Positions 61,850 through 64,000 of a stretch of DNA of 64,000 bases are shown here, one piece after another. Within the stretch, counting starts at the first letter, position 1; every line of letters begins with the position of its first letter. Source of the DNA: a bacterium (GTDB lineage Bacteria; Zhuqueibacterota; Zhuqueibacteria; Residuimicrobiales; Krinioviventaceae). The DNA is taken from contig CAXXMD010000003.1 of the NCBI GenBank assembly GCA_963675755.2, positions 2,048,001 to 2,112,000 on the forward strand. Direction: 5' to 3'. A model generated the notes under the pieces. The model was not told the DNA's origin. It did not search any database and was given only the letters and a program-made list of their open reading frames with translations. The position numbers and the translations under genes were made by a program.

Positions 61850-63418
61850 TTATAAATTTTTATATCTTGAAACATCAATTTCATACTTGGAAATTTTATA
61901 ACCCATAATCCGCTCGGTTGTCTTTAGCAGTCGTGCCGCTTTGGCCCGGTTTCCGCGTGTGGTTTTCAATGTGTCCTGAATGATTTCTTTTTCATAGTTG
62001 GATATGGAATCATCCAGAGACAAGCGGGCAACGGTGCCGCTGCTTTCTGCGGTTTGCAATGTGGGTGGCAGATGATAACTGTGAATAACCTGATCATCGC
62101 AAACCAGAACCGCGCGTTCAACAACATTTTCCAGCTCACGGACGTTTCCCGGCCAATGGTACCGCATCAGCATGTCGATTGCGGGAGTTGAAATACGTTT
62201 GATGGATTTGCTTTGTTGTCTGCCGTATTTGAGCATAAAGTGGTCTGCCAAAAGCAGAATGTCTTCGTGTCTTTCTCTCAATGGAGGCAGGAATATTGAA
62301 AAGACATTAAGTCGATAATAAAGGTCTTCGCGAAATATATTGTCGTGCATCAGTTTCTCAAGGTCTGCATTGGTGGCAGCAATGACCCTCACGTCTACAC
62401 GAATGGTTTCGGTACCGCCCACGCGTTCAAATTCCTGCTCTTGAAGTACACGCAACAGTTTGACCTGAGTCATGGGGGTTAGATCACCAATTTCATCCAA
62501 AAAGATGGTGCCGCCGTCAGCCAGTTCGAATCGGCCTTTTTTACGGGCAACCGCACCGGTAAAAGCGCCTTTTTCGTATCCAAAGAATTCGGATTCTATC
62601 AGGTTCTCCGGTATAGCTGCGCAATTGACGCGGATGAAAGGTTTTTCGTTACGGAGCGAGTTGTAATGTATAGCTTGTGCAATAAGTTCTTTACCAGTAC
62701 CAGATTCACCACGGATCAATACGGTTGTATTTGCCCTGGCTACCTGTGTGACTTTTTCGTAAACGTCACGCATTTCGTGACTGGTACCGATTATATTTTG
62801 AAAGCTGTGTTCTTCCTGCAATTTCTGTTTCAGCATTACATTTTCATCAATCAGGCGTTGGCGCTCCTGTTCAATAACCCTGCGTAAACGGATGGGCTGA
62901 ACAAGTGCTGATGCGACAAGGATAAGGAATTTTGCTGTTTGATCATAATCCCTGCGGGGGGTATAGGGCAGGTTAACGATCAAAACGCCCAATGTACGGT
63001 AATCCAATTCAATGGGTACACCCACAAAAGACTGTTCGCGGTCTTTTTCAGGGTCCCAGGAGCTCATGCGGTTAAGGAACAGGGGTTCTTTGCTAACCTG
63101 GGGTACAATGATGGGCTTGCCGGTTTCTGCAACACGGCCTGTGAGTCCCTCGCCCAGTTTAAATTTGGTTTTGGCCAGTTCGGCACGATAGCCGATGGAT
63201 GTGGCCATGTCAAGAGTTGAATCATTTTCGTCTGTCAGAAATACAGCGCCAGATTTGATATTATATTTGTCTTCAAGAATTTGTAACGCTGCTTTTAGCC
63301 CCTGTTGGAGATCCAGGGTTCGTCCCAATGCCCGATTGATCTCAATCAGGATTGATAGTTTTTTGCTAAAAGAATCTGAAGATGTACTATTCTTTTTAGA
63401 ACGGGCCGATTCTGCCAT
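61850..63418 (-). CDS. NifA-like sigma54 enhancer-binding protein (GAF-AAA+-HTH)
   Basis: [14 protein letters not shown]; [28 protein letters not shown]; C-terminal HTH. Confidence 0.93.
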   Translation of the reverse strand: MAESARSKKNSTSSDSFSKKLSILIEINRALGRTLDLQQGLKAALQILEDKYNIKSGAVFLTDENDSTLDMATSIGYRAELAKTKFKLGEGLTGRVAETGKPIIVPQVSKEPLFLNRMSSWDPEKDREQSFVGVPIELDYRTLGVLIVNLPYTPRRDYDQTAKFLILVASALVQPIRLRRVIEQERQRLIDENVMLKQKLQEEHSFQNIIGTSHEMRDVYEKVTQVARANTTVLIRGESGTGKELIAQAIHYNSLRNEKPFIRVNCAAIPENLIESEFFGYEKGAFTGAVARKKGRFELADGGTIFLDEIGDLTPMTQVKLLRVLQEQEFERVGGTETIRVDVRVIAATNADLEKLMHDNIFREDLYYRLNVFSIFLPPLRERHEDILLLADHFMLKYGRQQSKSIKRISTPAIDMLMRYHWPGNVRELENVVERAVLVCDDQVIHSYHLPPTLQTAESSGTVARLSLDDSISNYEKEIIQDTLKTTRGNRAKAARLLKTTERIMGYKISKYEIDVSRYKNL

Positions 63419-63444
63419 TTTTCAACTATGCTCCGGCTTATTTA

Positions 63445-63746
63445 TTACAATTTAGTAGGCTAAATTTTTATATGCTACAATTTTGTTGCTAATTTTGATA
63501 CAATATACAAAATCCACTTGAAAAAGCAAATAAAATAATGTTGAAATGTTATTAATTTGCAGAAAAGTGGCCTATTGTATAAAAGACATTATGCTAATAT
63601 GAAAACAATAAAGGGTGCAAGAAAATTCAGACGAAATAAAAAAGTATTGAGGCTTAAAGGGGTTTAAAAATTGGGTTTTGGTTGTAATAAAATGTAAGAT
63701 TTCTACATTTTTGTATGATGATAAAAATTTAGCTACTAAAATGTAG
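63445..63746. promoter_or_regulatory. Two pairs of TAC-N6-GTA palindromes, each pair 30 bp apart (candidate activator sites)
   Basis: TTACAATTTAGTAG 63445, CTACAATTTTGTTG 63475, CTACATTTTTGTAT 63703, CTACTAAAATGTAG 63733. Confidence 0.6.
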
Positions 63747-63824
63747 TAATTTGATTGTTGATCGCAAATTCAAAAACTTACCTAAATATATATTTTTGCT
63801 GTACTTGTGTGCGCCTTTAAAAGA

Positions 63825-63840
63825 TGGCACAAATGTTGAA
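63825..63840 (+). promoter_or_regulatory. sigma54 promoter of P-II gene
   Basis: TGGCAC-AAATG-TTGAA about 40 bp before ATG 63883, divergent from bEBP gene. Confidence 0.7.
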
Positions 63841-63882
63841 TAAGACAAAGTGAGTTTATAAAACTTAACATTGGAGGAGCTC

Positions 63883-64000
63883 ATGAAATTAGTTGTTGCT
63901 TATATTCAACCCGCTAAATTAAATGCGGTAAAGCAAGCGTTGTATGAACGCAAAATTTTTAAATTGTCTGTGACCAATGCTCTTGGTTGCGGACAGCAAA
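63883..64000 (+). CDS. P-II nitrogen regulatory protein (GlnB/GlnK family), truncated by window; absent from ORF track
   Basis: GGAGGAG RBS; manual translation MKLVVAYIQPAKLNAVKQALYERKIFKLSVTNALGCGQQ. Confidence 0.88.
   Translation, partial: MKLVVAYIQPAKLNAVKQALYERKIFKLSVTNALGCGQQ

Noticed and set aside
61850-63418. Evidence of nitrogen fixation (nifA)
   Set aside because: GAF-AAA-HTH architecture is shared by many bEBPs; no nif structural genes here and no clear TGT-N10-ACA sites
149-63455. Numerous 60-190-aa antisense or alternate-frame ORFs in the track (e.g. 11685-12233, 33192-33698, 59199-59774, 61347-61814)
   Set aside because: Nested in well-supported genes, with no motifs or RBS; typical shadow ORFs

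Overview
Chromosomal, gene-dense 64-kb window from a diderm bacterium, probably FCB-superphylum (KSB1/Calditrichota-like). That placement is inferred from a PorV/PorQ-like barrel and a 'QNYPNPFNP' C-terminal sorting domain. Core content: pepT, a complete nqrABCDEF operon followed by two hemerythrins, a CBS protein, apbE and an NqrM-like peptide, an MCP, tRNA-Lys(TTT), rluD, carbohydrate enzymes, drug/redox accessory genes, a peroxiredoxin, and a NifA-like activator divergent from a sigma54-driven P-II gene cut by the window end. No CRISPR, integrase, transposase or phage genes were recognised. Two candidates for an undescribed system stand out. (1) A sigma54-preceded three-gene envelope operon: a POTRA-less Omp85 barrel with a bactofilin-like beta-helix N-terminus, a toast-rack/LiaF-like protein, and a secreted protein of four uncharacterised DYGWI/KNR/DDSH repeats. 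(2) A 283-bp composite tandem repeat, built from a REP palindrome and several 6-10-bp-period modules, that brackets an AT-rich orphan lipoprotein gene like a cassette, with related modules and a MITE elsewhere in the window. All calls are by-eye motif recognition; no searches were run.
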